Sequence record: LC680885.1
Length of the DNA stretch: 64,000 nt
Reading direction: 5' to 3' (one strand)
The notes beneath the pieces are model-generated. The model was given only the letters and a program-made list of their open reading frames with translations. It did not search any database and was not told where the DNA came from. How positions within the stretch are numbered: the stretch's first letter is position 1; the number at the start of each line of letters is the position of its first letter. A program made the translations under genes and the position numbers. Shown in pieces: positions 1 to 8,761 of the stretch.

Positions 1-62
1 ATTTTTAGAAATTTGCAATAACGAGAATTTATAATATTTAAAAGTAAAGGATGAAATAGATA

Positions 63-3000
63 ATGGCAGAAGTTTTTAATAAAGATTTAAAAGAAATAGT
101 TCACGATAATATGATGATATATTTTAATGAAATTAACACTAACCGTCAAATACCAGATATTAGAGATGGTTTGAAACCTATTCAAAGAAAAATACTTTAT
201 ATTATGTATAAAAATGGTTATAGATCTGATAAGAAATTTGCTAAATCAGCTAGAATAGCTGGTGACACTACTATATTACACCCACATAGTAATGATGGTA
301 TTTATGATTCTGCAGTTAATATGGTTACACCGTTTTCTATGAACCAACCATTAATTGAAGGACATGGTGCATTTGGTTCTATTACAGGAGCTTCAGCAGC
401 CGCTTCACGTTATTGTTTAACTGGAGAACATATAGTTGATATGAGTAATGGAGAACTTGTAAGAATTAAAGATATAGTACCTCATAGTGAATTAGACAGT
501 GATAATAAAATTGATAAAGTTGTCATGGACTTTAGACGTAAACCAGTTAAAGCAATTAAATTCTTTAATTCAGGTAAACATAATGTAATGGAATTAAACA
601 CTAATGCAGGCAAAACTATTAAAGCCACACCAAATCATCCTTTATTAACTGTAATCAAACACCCAACAAAAGGATTAGATTTCAAATGGAAAACAATGGA
701 TGAAATTAAAGAAGGAGATTATTTAATCAACAGAACTATGATTAAAAATGATCTCAAAGATTTTAGAAGTAAAAATCTTAATGAAAATGAAAAAGAAAGC
801 TTTAAAAAATGGGGAGAAATTCTTTCTAATAAATATTTTAATAGAACTTTAGATCCTGAATATGGAGTATTAATGAGAAGTATTGAAACTGAAAAGAGTC
901 TTCCTAATAAAGTATTAGAAGCTTGTTTAGGTTATAAAAGAGAATTCTTATTAGAGTTATTTAAACAAGATGGATTTATTGTAGATAATATTGGTTTAGT
1001 TATCGAAAGTCATAGTAAAAGATTCTTGCAAGAAATAGCTACTTTATTATCTCAATTTGGTATTTATTCTGTGATATCATTATTCAGTGATAGTGATTAT
1101 AGATTACAAATTCAAGATATTCACTCACTTAAGAATTTATCTAAACACTTAATTAAAGATGATGATTTATTTAAAGATAAAATTGATGAAATTATTGATA
1201 TGTATAGAAATTTAGAAAGTAATAATCCATATCAAGTTATTCCTTATTTAGATGAAGTATTAGATGAGAGAAAAATGACTTCTTATCTATATCCAGAGTT
1301 ATTTAATACTAGAAAGAATTTCTTAAATAACTTTAATTTACTTGAAGAAGAATACGGTATTGAAATTGAAGAAAGAGATCATTTAATGTTATTTATCTCT
1401 AAATACTTAGATAACTATACTTATTTTGAACAAGTAGAAAGTATTGAAGAGTTGGAAGAAGAGGAAGTAGTTTATTCTATTAAAGTTGATACAGATGATC
1501 ATTCATTTATGTCTGAAGGATTTATTCATCATAATACAGAAATGAGATTAAATAAATTCTCAGAAAGAAATTTATTAGATAATATCAATGATAATGCAGT
1601 TAATATGGTTAAGAACTTTGATGGATCAATGTTAGAACCTTTAGTGTTACCTTCTAAATTACCTTATGTATTAGTTAATGGTTCATTTGGTATTGGTGGT
1701 GGAGGACATAGATCTGATTTGCCACCACATTCTACTGAAGATGTAATTAATATTACTATTGACAGAATTAAAAATCCTAATAAGAAATTAAAAACACTTA
1801 TTAAAGATAATAAATTTAAACCACAATTTCCTTATGGTGGAGAAGCATTTTGTGATGATTTAGAGAAATGTTATCGTACAGGTAAAGGTTCTATGTTATT
1901 AAGATCTGTAGTTGAAAAAGATGAAAGTAAAATGACTCTTACAATTAAAGAAATTCCTTATAACGTTACTTTGACTAGGGTTAAAGAAGCTATCAGAGAA
2001 GCACATAAAGAGGAACAATTAGATGGTCTTAAAAATATTAGTGACGGAACTCAAAACGGAGATGTTCGTTTAATTCTTCAATATACAAAATCTTCTGACT
2101 TAGATTTAGCATTAAATCAATTGTATAAAGTTAAGACAATTACTTCTAGAGTTAACTTTGATGTTAAATTAGTAGATAATAATAAGCTAGTGGAAACTAA
2201 TTTATTAGGTATTATTGATAGATGGATTGAATTTAGACAATCAACTGTGAAACGTTTTAAATCATTTAAAATTAAAGATTTAAGAAGTCGTATTCATATT
2301 ATTGAAGGTCTATTAGTTGTATTAGATTCTAAGAATATCGATGAATTAATTAAAATAGTTAAATCTGGTAAAGGTAAAGAAGATATTATTGATGTAGTTA
2401 GTAAGAAATTTGGTATATCTCATGCACAAGCTTCTTATGTAGCTGAAATGAAACTATATACAATTAATAATCTTGAAATCAACAAATTGGTTGAAGAAAA
2501 GAAAGAAAAAGAAAAGATTGTTAATGAAGAAATGGTATACATGAAAGATGTAAGTAAACTGAATGATCTTATTATTAATGAAATGAAAGAAATTAAGAAA
2601 GATAAAAATACACTTAAACCATCTAGATTAACTAAGTACTCTGATATTGATTTTAAAAATGATAATAAAGAATTATTAATTAAAGATGAAGATTTCATGT
2701 GTATTATTACTAGACAAAATAAGATTAAGAAAGTTAAAGATGAAATTAGTAAACCTCAAAAGAGAAATGGTAAAGGTATCTCTATTGGTAAATTATCAGA
2801 TGGTGATATTCCATTAAACATCTTTAATGCTAATAGTAAAGATAACTTATTCTTAATTACTGATACAGGAAAAATATTCTATGATAAAGTTTATGAATTC
2901 CCTGAAATTAAATCATTGAATAACTTTGGTAAAGATATTAGTAGATTTGTTAAGAATGAAAAGATTATTAAAGCATTTACTTTAACTGATGAAGAATTTA

Positions 3001-3617
3001 AAGATCCAGATACAGCTTTTGTAGTAACAACAGCTTTGAATAAAACTAAAATGGTTATGGTTGAAGAAATTAAAAAATCTGGTGTAATTCTTATGAAATT
3101 AAATGAAGATGATAAAGTTATCAATGTTCATAATGTACATTCTAAGAAACCATTTAATTTAATAGCTATATCTGAAAAAGGTAATGCTATTAGATTCTCA
3201 AGTGAATTAATTCCAGTTCAAAATAGAAATACAATTGGTTCTTCTATATTCAGTAATACAACTATTAATAAAGATAATAAAGTTGCTTCAACTGTAGTTG
3301 ATTCTGGACAAGATAAGATGTTAATAGTAACTCATAAAGGTTTAGCTAAACAAATTATGACTGAAGACATTCCAGTTAAATCTAGAATGATTAAAGGTGT
3401 AATTGCAGCTAAATTTAAAAATGAAAAAGATTCTGTAATGTATATTAGTATGATAGATGATGAAGAAGATAATCTATTATTAGTTACTGAAAACAAAACT
3501 ATCAATGTACCTTTAAAAGAAATCAATACGTATAAAAGAACAACTTATGGTAATCCAGTAATGAAACTTAATGATAACGAATTCTGTATAGATTCTTCTA
3601 TCATTAAACATAATTAG
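63..3617 (+). CDS. gyrA: DNA gyrase subunit A precursor containing an intein
   Basis: DGLKPIQRKILY, HPHSNDGIY, GHGAFGS..AAASRY catalytic-Tyr region; C-terminal pinwheel repeats with GyrA-box-like QKRNGKG. Confidence 0.95.
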   Translation: MAEVFNKDLKEIVHDNMMIYFNEINTNRQIPDIRDGLKPIQRKILYIMYKNGYRSDKKFAKSARIAGDTTILHPHSNDGIYDSAVNMVTPFSMNQPLIEGHGAFGSITGASAAASRYCLTGEHIVDMSNGELVRIKDIVPHSELDSDNKIDKVVMDFRRKPVKAIKFFNSGKHNVMELNTNAGKTIKATPNHPLLTVIKHPTKGLDFKWKTMDEIKEGDYLINRTMIKNDLKDFRSKNLNENEKESFKKWGEILSNKYFNRTLDPEYGVLMRSIETEKSLPNKVLEACLGYKREFLLELFKQDGFIVDNIGLVIESHSKRFLQEIATLLSQFGIYSVISLFSDSDYRLQIQDIHSLKNLSKHLIKDDDLFKDKIDEIIDMYRNLESNNPYQVIPYLDEVLDERKMTSYLYPELFNTRKNFLNNFNLLEEEYGIEIEERDHLMLFISKYLDNYTYFEQVESIEELEEEEVVYSIKVDTDDHSFMSEGFIHHNTEMRLNKFSERNLLDNINDNAVNMVKNFDGSMLEPLVLPSKLPYVLVNGSFGIGGGGHRSDLPPHSTEDVINITIDRIKNPNKKLKTLIKDNKFKPQFPYGGEAFCDDLEKCYRTGKGSMLLRSVVEKDESKMTLTIKEIPYNVTLTRVKEAIREAHKEEQLDGLKNISDGTQNGDVRLILQYTKSSDLDLALNQLYKVKTITSRVNFDVKLVDNNKLVETNLLGIIDRWIEFRQSTVKRFKSFKIKDLRSRIHIIEGLLVVLDSKNIDELIKIVKSGKGKEDIIDVVSKKFGISHAQASYVAEMKLYTINNLEINKLVEEKKEKEKIVNEEMVYMKDVSKLNDLIINEMKEIKKDKNTLKPSRLTKYSDIDFKNDNKELLIKDEDFMCIITRQNKIKKVKDEISKPQKRNGKGISIGKLSDGDIPLNIFNANSKDNLFLITDTGKIFYDKVYEFPEIKSLNNFGKDISRFVKNEKIIKAFTLTDEEFKDPDTAFVVTTALNKTKMVMVEEIKKSGVILMKLNEDDKVINVHNVHSKKPFNLIAISEKGNAIRFSSELIPVQNRNTIGSSIFSNTTINKDNKVASTVVDSGQDKMLIVTHKGLAKQIMTEDIPVKSRMIKGVIAAKFKNEKDSVMYISMIDDEEDNLLLVTENKTINVPLKEINTYKRTTYGNPVMKLNDNEFCIDSSIIKHN
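414..1535 (+). mobile_element. Intein (374 aa) in GyrA with degenerate LAGLIDADG domain
   Basis: Starts CLTGEHIV right after SRY; block B IKATPNHPLL; ends VYSIKV..FIHHN then Thr; block E-like FLLELFKQDG and block H-like SKRFLQEIATLLSQFGI. Confidence 0.93.
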
Positions 3618-3628
3618 TTGAGAAAGAA

Positions 3629-3817
3629 GTGTATTATATGAAACCATGTAAATATATTATAAAAATAAGTAATGATTCTTATCTTTGCTATAAGTATGAT
3701 GAGCCTTTAGAAACAACAGATAAAAAGAAAGCAACTAGATTTAATGAGCTTGAATTAGCACAAGAAGAAGTGAAATTAATGGGAATTGGTGAAATTGAAA
3801 AAATTCCTTATAAATAA
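3629..3817 (+). CDS. hypothetical protein
   Basis: 62-aa ORF after gyrA, followed by a hairpin terminator. Confidence 0.5.
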   Translation: MYYMKPCKYIIKISNDSYLCYKYDEPLETTDKKKATRFNELELAQEEVKLMGIGEIEKIPYK

Positions 3818-3827
3818 AAATTAATCA

Positions 3828-3855
3828 GGGAGATGGCATTAATTTGCCATCTCCC
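3828..3855 (+). terminator. intrinsic terminator-like hairpin
   Basis: GGGAGATGGCA / TGCCATCTCCC 11-bp stem, T-rich downstream. Confidence 0.7.
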
Positions 3856-3888
3856 TCATATTATTAATTTTTTGGTAAATTCTCTTGA

Positions 3889-3900
3889 AACAACCAAATA
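3889..3900 (+). promoter_or_regulatory. putative late (non-virion RNAP) promoter AACA-N6-TA
   Basis: Matches the AR9 late-promoter consensus, 33 nt before the virion RNAP gene; short motif, chance match possible. Confidence 0.4.
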
Positions 3901-3933
3901 TTGTTAAATAAAAAGAATTGGATGTGAAATATA

Positions 3934-5614
3934 TTGGAAAAGAAATATATTAGATGTAATTCATGTAGTTCAGTACAAGAATATAGTGAAGATATTACAT
4001 CTTGTTCGGAATGTAGTTCTGAAAATATTTCAGTCATTAAATCTCCTGTTGATTTAGTTAATGAAGCTGAAGTATTAGTTACAGAATCTGAAATGGATTT
4101 CTTATTAGACTATAATGATTATCAAGAATACGATAAAAAAGGCAAATCTTGTTGGTTTGATATATATTTAATTAAGTATCCTAGAGATAATACTCAAATT
4201 AAACATATTGTATTACAGAATCAAAAAGGAAGAGAAGAAGATTTATTAATTGATTACGCTGGAGACGATAAAGGTGGTAATCCTATTGTAATAAATGATA
4301 CAGGAAGTATTAAGACTGTATTAAATGATGTTGATACTTTATCTGAAGTTGTTAAAGTTAGATTCTTAAGTAAAGAATCAACTAAGAGAAGAGGTAAAGA
4401 AGATTTTGGTTTAAATTCAGAAGAATACGTATCATTTAATAAAGATAAATATAATTTTTATAATGATGCTAAATTAAGAACTTTAGTTAAAGTTTTAGAA
4501 TCAATGGGCAACACATTATTCTTAGATAGCAAAAGTGATATTGTATGGAATAAAATATTCACTGAACACAATGTACTTAATTCACCTTTATTTACTTATC
4601 AAGAAGTAATGGATTACAATGAGACTAATCTTTATAAAGAATATGGAGATTATGAATTTGAAGAAAGATTAGAAGACGTTATATACGAATATCAATTAGA
4701 AAATGAAATTGGTGTATTTAATTTCTTATATAATAAAAATAAAGGTAATAAGCCTAAATTTACTGAAGATATGGAAGAAGTATATGCTACAGTAACTCCA
4801 TCTATGTTGTTATCTGATGATTTTAAAATGTCAGAAGATCACGGTAGAATTAATCCGAATGTATTGTCTTTATTATACTTTAAAATATTAGAAAAGAAAT
4901 TAGGTATTAGATCAATTGAATTAGTAACATATGTAAATTCTAATAGAGATGACATAATTCTATTCCCTGTTTCTTATAACGGTCAAGGATATGTATTAGC
5001 TGACTTTAAATTAGACAGTCCTATAGTTTTTAAAAATATGGATGATGTTAATAAATATTGTGCATACCAATTTGGATATGATCAAGAAAATGAAGAAAAT
5101 GAAAATATATTTAAATTCTCAGTTAAAGAAGTACCTGCTGAATTTAATTTCCAAAAAGCTATTTCAAGTAATATGGAAATAATTGAAAGATTCTTTATGA
5201 AATTCAATGAGAATACTTTAAATGAAACTGTATTAGAACCAGAATCAATTTTAAATGAAGCTGTTGGAGATAATAAAAAGAAACGTCAAGAAATACAAAA
5301 TAAAATATTAGACGTTATTTCTTCATTAGACAAAGATCAATCTAATATGAATAAATATAAAACATTCTTTGATGAAATGAATGATGAAGAATTCATGAGA
5401 TATATTAAGAGATTTGTTAATAGTAATGAAAACTTCTACATTGAAGTATTACCTAATAAATCTGAAGCTGGATTTAAAGAAGTTGAAGAAGCTTTAAACA
5501 AACTTGATGTACCTATGAATGAATTTGTTTATTATCGACATGATGGAAATAAAGATGATCCTTTAAGAACTAGATATAAAGTTCCAGTAGGGTATTTGCA
5601 TGTAAAACGTCTAC
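3934..5614 (+). CDS. rpoB: Virion RNA polymerase beta subunit C-terminal part, exon 1
   Basis: Ends VPVGYLHVKRL at the GTGTG 5' splice site; joins exon 2 in frame; N-terminal CxxC..CxxC extension. Confidence 0.82.
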
Positions 5615-5866
5615 GTGTGAAACGTTACACAAGAAAGACAATGAAGATTGTTGAGGATTGTGTGGCATAATAAATTATGCTAACTTTTTAGTTGAATAAG
5701 CAGTATCTACCTATAAAGATACGATATGCTATTAATAATACTCCCGCATGTATAAAAAGTGATTTTTATATGTGAAGCCGGGTGAAGACACTATATTTTA
5801 ATTATAGTGGTTAGGGAAATGTATATGGTTAGGAACACAAACTATTTATGAATGTCCTTTATATAT

Positions 5867-5892
5867 TAGTATTAAATGTAGACTTAATACTA
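5867..5892 (+). other. EBS1 hairpin of the group II intron
   Basis: 9-bp stem TAGTATTAA/TTAATACTA; loop ATGTAGAC pairs with exon 5609-5614 GTCTAC. Confidence 0.85.
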
Positions 5893-6096
5893 TGATTTAA
5901 TTGATAGGTTATTAAATCTCTTAACGGAATATAAAGGGAACAGATAGAACCTAAGTACATTTATTTACCTAGACTAAAAGGAACGTTTGATATCTCATAA
6001 TTTTTTATGAGAAGTAAGAGAGAATGTAGTACCATTGAAGCTATGATAATAAGTAGTGGAGGGAAAGTTCTTAGTCATAAAAAGCTCTAATCCTTT

Positions 6097-7446
6097 ATGA
6101 ACATTTCTTTATTCTTAGATAAAGGGATGATAACAATGAATAAAGGAAGAACAATACCAAAAGAAGTTTTTGTTGAAAGGTTAAATAATTTAGATGACAT
6201 TGATAAGTATGAATTCCTTATAGAAGATTATAAAGGAGTTACTAAGAAATATACTTTTAAACATACAGAATGTGATCATGAATTTCAAATGACCGGAAAA
6301 AACTTTTTAAATGGACAAAGATGTCCAAAATGTGCTCAAAATAAAAGAAACCAATCAAATGTCTTGGAAGATGAAAAAATAATCAATAGGGTTAAAGATT
6401 TAAATTTTGATATTATTAAATATAATGGTAAGACTCTTAAAAATGATTTTATGTGTAAAAAATGTAATTATGAATTTAATTGCACCTTTAAATTCCTTTT
6501 CTCACAAAAAGAGTGTCCTTACTGTGGACTAAAAAAGGTTGATAAAATCAATAAGAATATCGATAGCTTACAAAGAAAGCTAGATGAAAAAGGATATACT
6601 TTAGATATTATACCAGAGTATTTTAATTATACTAAAAAATCTAAATTCAAATGTAGAAATTGTAATGAGTACCTATTAGAATATTATAATAATATTAAAA
6701 ATTTAAATAAACCTCAGAATTGTAAATGTTTCGTAAAGAAACGATTAAACATGCTTCCAAGTTATAAGAAGAAATTAGAAAAATATGATAGTGATTACAA
6801 AATCTTTGATGAGACTTATATAAACTCTAAAACGCCATGTAAATTTAAACATTTAACTTGTGGTACTGAATTCCAAAAAAGACCGGCTGACTTCTTTTCA
6901 AATAGTCAAAAATGTCCTAAATGCGTTATGATTAATAAGAATAAGTATACAGATAAACAAGTTGAGAATATATTGTCTGATACTATGTTTGAAATTACCG
7001 GAGAATATTTTGGAAGTAAAGAAAAAACTGAGTTTAAATGTATGAATTGTGGACATGATTTCACATCAACTCTGATGTCTATATTAAATGGGAAAAAATG
7101 CGGTAAATGTGATTCTAGAGAAAGTTTAGGAGAATCTAGAATCAACAAATTCCTAGTTGACAACAATATAGATTTTGAAAGAGAAAAGTCATTTGATGGT
7201 TTAGAGTATAAATCTAAATTGAGATTTGATTTCTATGTAAAAGACAAAAACCTTCTTATAGAATTTGATGGAGCACAACATTTTGGTCCTATTGAAATAT
7301 TTGGTGGGGAAGATAGATTTAACGAAGATCAAATAAGAGACAATTTAAAAAATAAATACTGCCAAGATAATAACATTGATCTCCTTAGAATCCCTTATAC
7401 AGATATAAGAAATATTGATAAAATATTAGAGCAGAAATTTTTATGA
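6097..7446 (+). CDS. Intron-encoded putative homing endonuclease: five Zn-ribbon repeats plus a Vsr/DUF559-like PD-(D/E)xK domain (probable start 6136)
   Basis: HTECDHEF..CPKC-type repeats; C-terminal RFDFY..LLIEFDGAQHF..RDNLKNKYC..LLRI; no RT/YADD motif. Confidence 0.85.
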   Translation: MNISLFLDKGMITMNKGRTIPKEVFVERLNNLDDIDKYEFLIEDYKGVTKKYTFKHTECDHEFQMTGKNFLNGQRCPKCAQNKRNQSNVLEDEKIINRVKDLNFDIIKYNGKTLKNDFMCKKCNYEFNCTFKFLFSQKECPYCGLKKVDKINKNIDSLQRKLDEKGYTLDIIPEYFNYTKKSKFKCRNCNEYLLEYYNNIKNLNKPQNCKCFVKKRLNMLPSYKKKLEKYDSDYKIFDETYINSKTPCKFKHLTCGTEFQKRPADFFSNSQKCPKCVMINKNKYTDKQVENILSDTMFEITGEYFGSKEKTEFKCMNCGHDFTSTLMSILNGKKCGKCDSRESLGESRINKFLVDNNIDFEREKSFDGLEYKSKLRFDFYVKDKNLLIEFDGAQHFGPIEIFGGEDRFNEDQIRDNLKNKYCQDNNIDLLRIPYTDIRNIDKILEQKFL

Positions 7447-7450
7447 TGGA

Positions 7451-7484
7451 AAGCCGTATGAGGCGAAAGTCTCACGTACGGTTT
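7451..7484 (+). ncRNA. Group II intron domain V (catalytic)
   Basis: AAGCCGTATGAGGC-GAAA-GTCTC-AC-GTACGGTTT: AGC triad, GNRA loop, AC bulge, 9+5 bp. Confidence 0.95.
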
Positions 7485-7532
7485 GGTGCAGGGGAAAAGA
7501 GGTACGTTTAGTATACTCTTACCTATTGCAAT

Positions 7533-7894
7533 AACAATTACTTTCGAAGAAGAATGCATACAGTTTAGATGCTTCAACTAGATCAATGAAGACAGGTCAA
7601 TTAACTTCATCTGACAAAGTGGCAAGTGTATCAAATATGGAAGCTTCTGCATTGAAAGCTATTGGAGCTCAAGATATCTTAAGAGAATTGATGGGTCCAC
7701 GTTCAGACTCTATGAATGCTAAGCAAGAATTAAATAAAAACATCTCTATGTATGGATATTCTCGTTTAGAGGATTTACCAGATGATCTTTCTGATAAGAC
7801 TACATTAAATACTACTTTCTATTATTTACTTGGTGCTGGTATAGAATCTGATTTACTTAAAGACACTAGACCTGATTATGATCAAGAAGAATAA
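7533..7894 (+). CDS. rpoB: Virion RNA polymerase beta subunit C-terminal part, exon 2
   Basis: Spliced: KRL-QQLLSKKNAYSLDASTRSMKTGQ..VSNMEASALKAIGAQDILRELMGPRSD, like the bacterial beta GEMEVWALEAYGA..LQEMLT.KSD region; spliced product 680 aa. Confidence 0.85.
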
Positions 7895-7900
7895 TAAATA

Positions 7901-7915
7901 TATATTATAAAAATG
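7901..7915 (+). promoter_or_regulatory. putative early (virion RNAP) promoter TATATTAT-N5-TG
   Basis: One of 14 intergenic copies with fixed spacing; hairpin begins at the final G. Confidence 0.75.
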
Positions 7916-7950
7916 AGGTAATGACATTAGCTTGTCATTACCTCTAATAT
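7915..7950 (+). repeat. GAGGTAATG..CATTACCTC-TAATAT hairpin repeat, copy 1
   Basis: 12-bp inverted repeat; five intergenic copies. Confidence 0.85.
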
Positions 7951-7972
7951 ATTTAAATAATAGGAGAGTGTT

Positions 7973-8407
7973 TTGGATATGGAAAAAGTTATAGAAAATA
8001 CGGTAAAAGAATTAAGAGAATTGGCAGTAAAAGAAATAGAGTTTTTTGGTGAACCTGAAATAAACGTATTTCATATTAATGGATATACACTTATAAGCTT
8101 AAGTAGAGATTTTTATCTTTTCACATCAGTTAAAGATGATAATAAAGAGATTTTAAACGCATTATTAAAAGATGATTTATTTAATTATTTTGATGAATAT
8201 GATAATAAATTTGGATTTTTCGTATATTATGAAACTGTTGTAGATAAAAAGACAAATAAAAAAGGAGAATGGAAGAATCTCAAACACTTAATAGATACTT
8301 TTGAATGGGAAAATGGAGACCTTTTAGAATTTGTAAAGGAAGAAAATTTATCAGTGAATGAGTCGTTAAAGAAAAAAGAATTAAGAGAATCTACAGAAGA
8401 ATTATAA
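7973..8407 (+). CDS. hypothetical protein
   Basis: ORF with AGGAG RBS after an early promoter (likely start 7979). Confidence 0.65.
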   Translation: MDMEKVIENTVKELRELAVKEIEFFGEPEINVFHINGYTLISLSRDFYLFTSVKDDNKEILNALLKDDLFNYFDEYDNKFGFFVYYETVVDKKTNKKGEWKNLKHLIDTFEWENGDLLEFVKEENLSVNESLKKKELRESTEEL

Positions 8408-8475
8408 AATTGAGTAGAACATATAAGTATCCTTAAGTTCATACAATTTATATGAATTTAGAAAGGAGTAACTAT

Positions 8476-8625
8476 ATGATTACTTGGTTAATAGCTATAC
8501 TAGTAGTTTTATTAATACTAGGTATTATATTCCGTGGACTGTTAGCAGTAATACCACCTATGGGATGGTCTGGAATTGTAGTTGCAATCTTAGTTATATT
8601 AGTAGTATTTTACCTATTCAGGTAG
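8476..8625 (+). CDS. small two-TM membrane protein (49 aa; not in ORF track)
   Basis: AAGGAG RBS; MITWLIAILVVLLILGIIFRGLLAVIPPMGWSGIVVAILVILVVFYLFR. Confidence 0.7.
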   Translation: MITWLIAILVVLLILGIIFRGLLAVIPPMGWSGIVVAILVILVVFYLFR

Positions 8626-8630
8626 ATAAA

Positions 8631-8667
8631 GAGGTAATGGCATATTATATGTCATTACCTCTAATAT
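8631..8667 (+). repeat. GAGGTAATG hairpin repeat, copy 2
   Basis: 14-bp stem with a G-U pair, followed by TAATAT. Confidence 0.8.
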
Positions 8668-8692
8668 ATCGCAATTAAAGTATTTTCAAGCA

Positions 8693-8707
8693 TATATTAT
8701 TTAAATG
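8693..8707 (+). promoter_or_regulatory. putative early promoter TATATTAT-N5-TG
   Basis: Consensus match; hairpin AGATAATGATT/AATCATTATCT follows. Confidence 0.7.
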
Positions 8708-8761
8708 AGATAATGATTATACCAATCATTATCTTTTAATAAAAAACGGGAGGTATAAGGT

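Larger units (their letters stand above)
5615..7532 (+). mobile_element. Group II intron (IIB-like), 1918 nt, RT-less, endonuclease ORF in domain IV
   Basis: 5' GTGTG; DI closing stem 5620-5626/5982-5988; EBS1 GTAGAC complementary to IBS1 GTCTAC; DII hairpin 5993-6012; DIII about 6020-6072; 34-nt DV; DVI with bulged A7525 (-8); ends AAT. Confidence 0.93.

Noticed and set aside
2435-3526. Minus-strand ORFs inside gyrA, and similar ones at 6906, 12231, 17937, 21700, 31435, 38863, 39580, 43306, 44849, 49254-50394, 53499 and 59594
   Set aside because: Antisense shadows of AT-rich coding genes; no RBS; composition mirrors the sense strand
5615-5670. Last 18 codons of track ORF 3934-5670 (RVKRYTRK..)
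   Set aside because: Read-through into the intron 5' end; RNAP similarity resumes only in exon 2
5615-7532. Group I intron interpretation, suggested by the endonuclease ORF and by relatives
   Set aside because: No terminal G or P7-type core recognised; all boundary, EBS1, DV and DVI signals are group II
7586-7894. Stand-alone 102-aa gene
   Set aside because: No RBS; it is exon 2, in frame from 7533
8484-8678. 64-aa track ORF
   Set aside because: Crosses an intergenic hairpin; the overlapping frame 8476-8625 has the RBS and a coherent two-TM product
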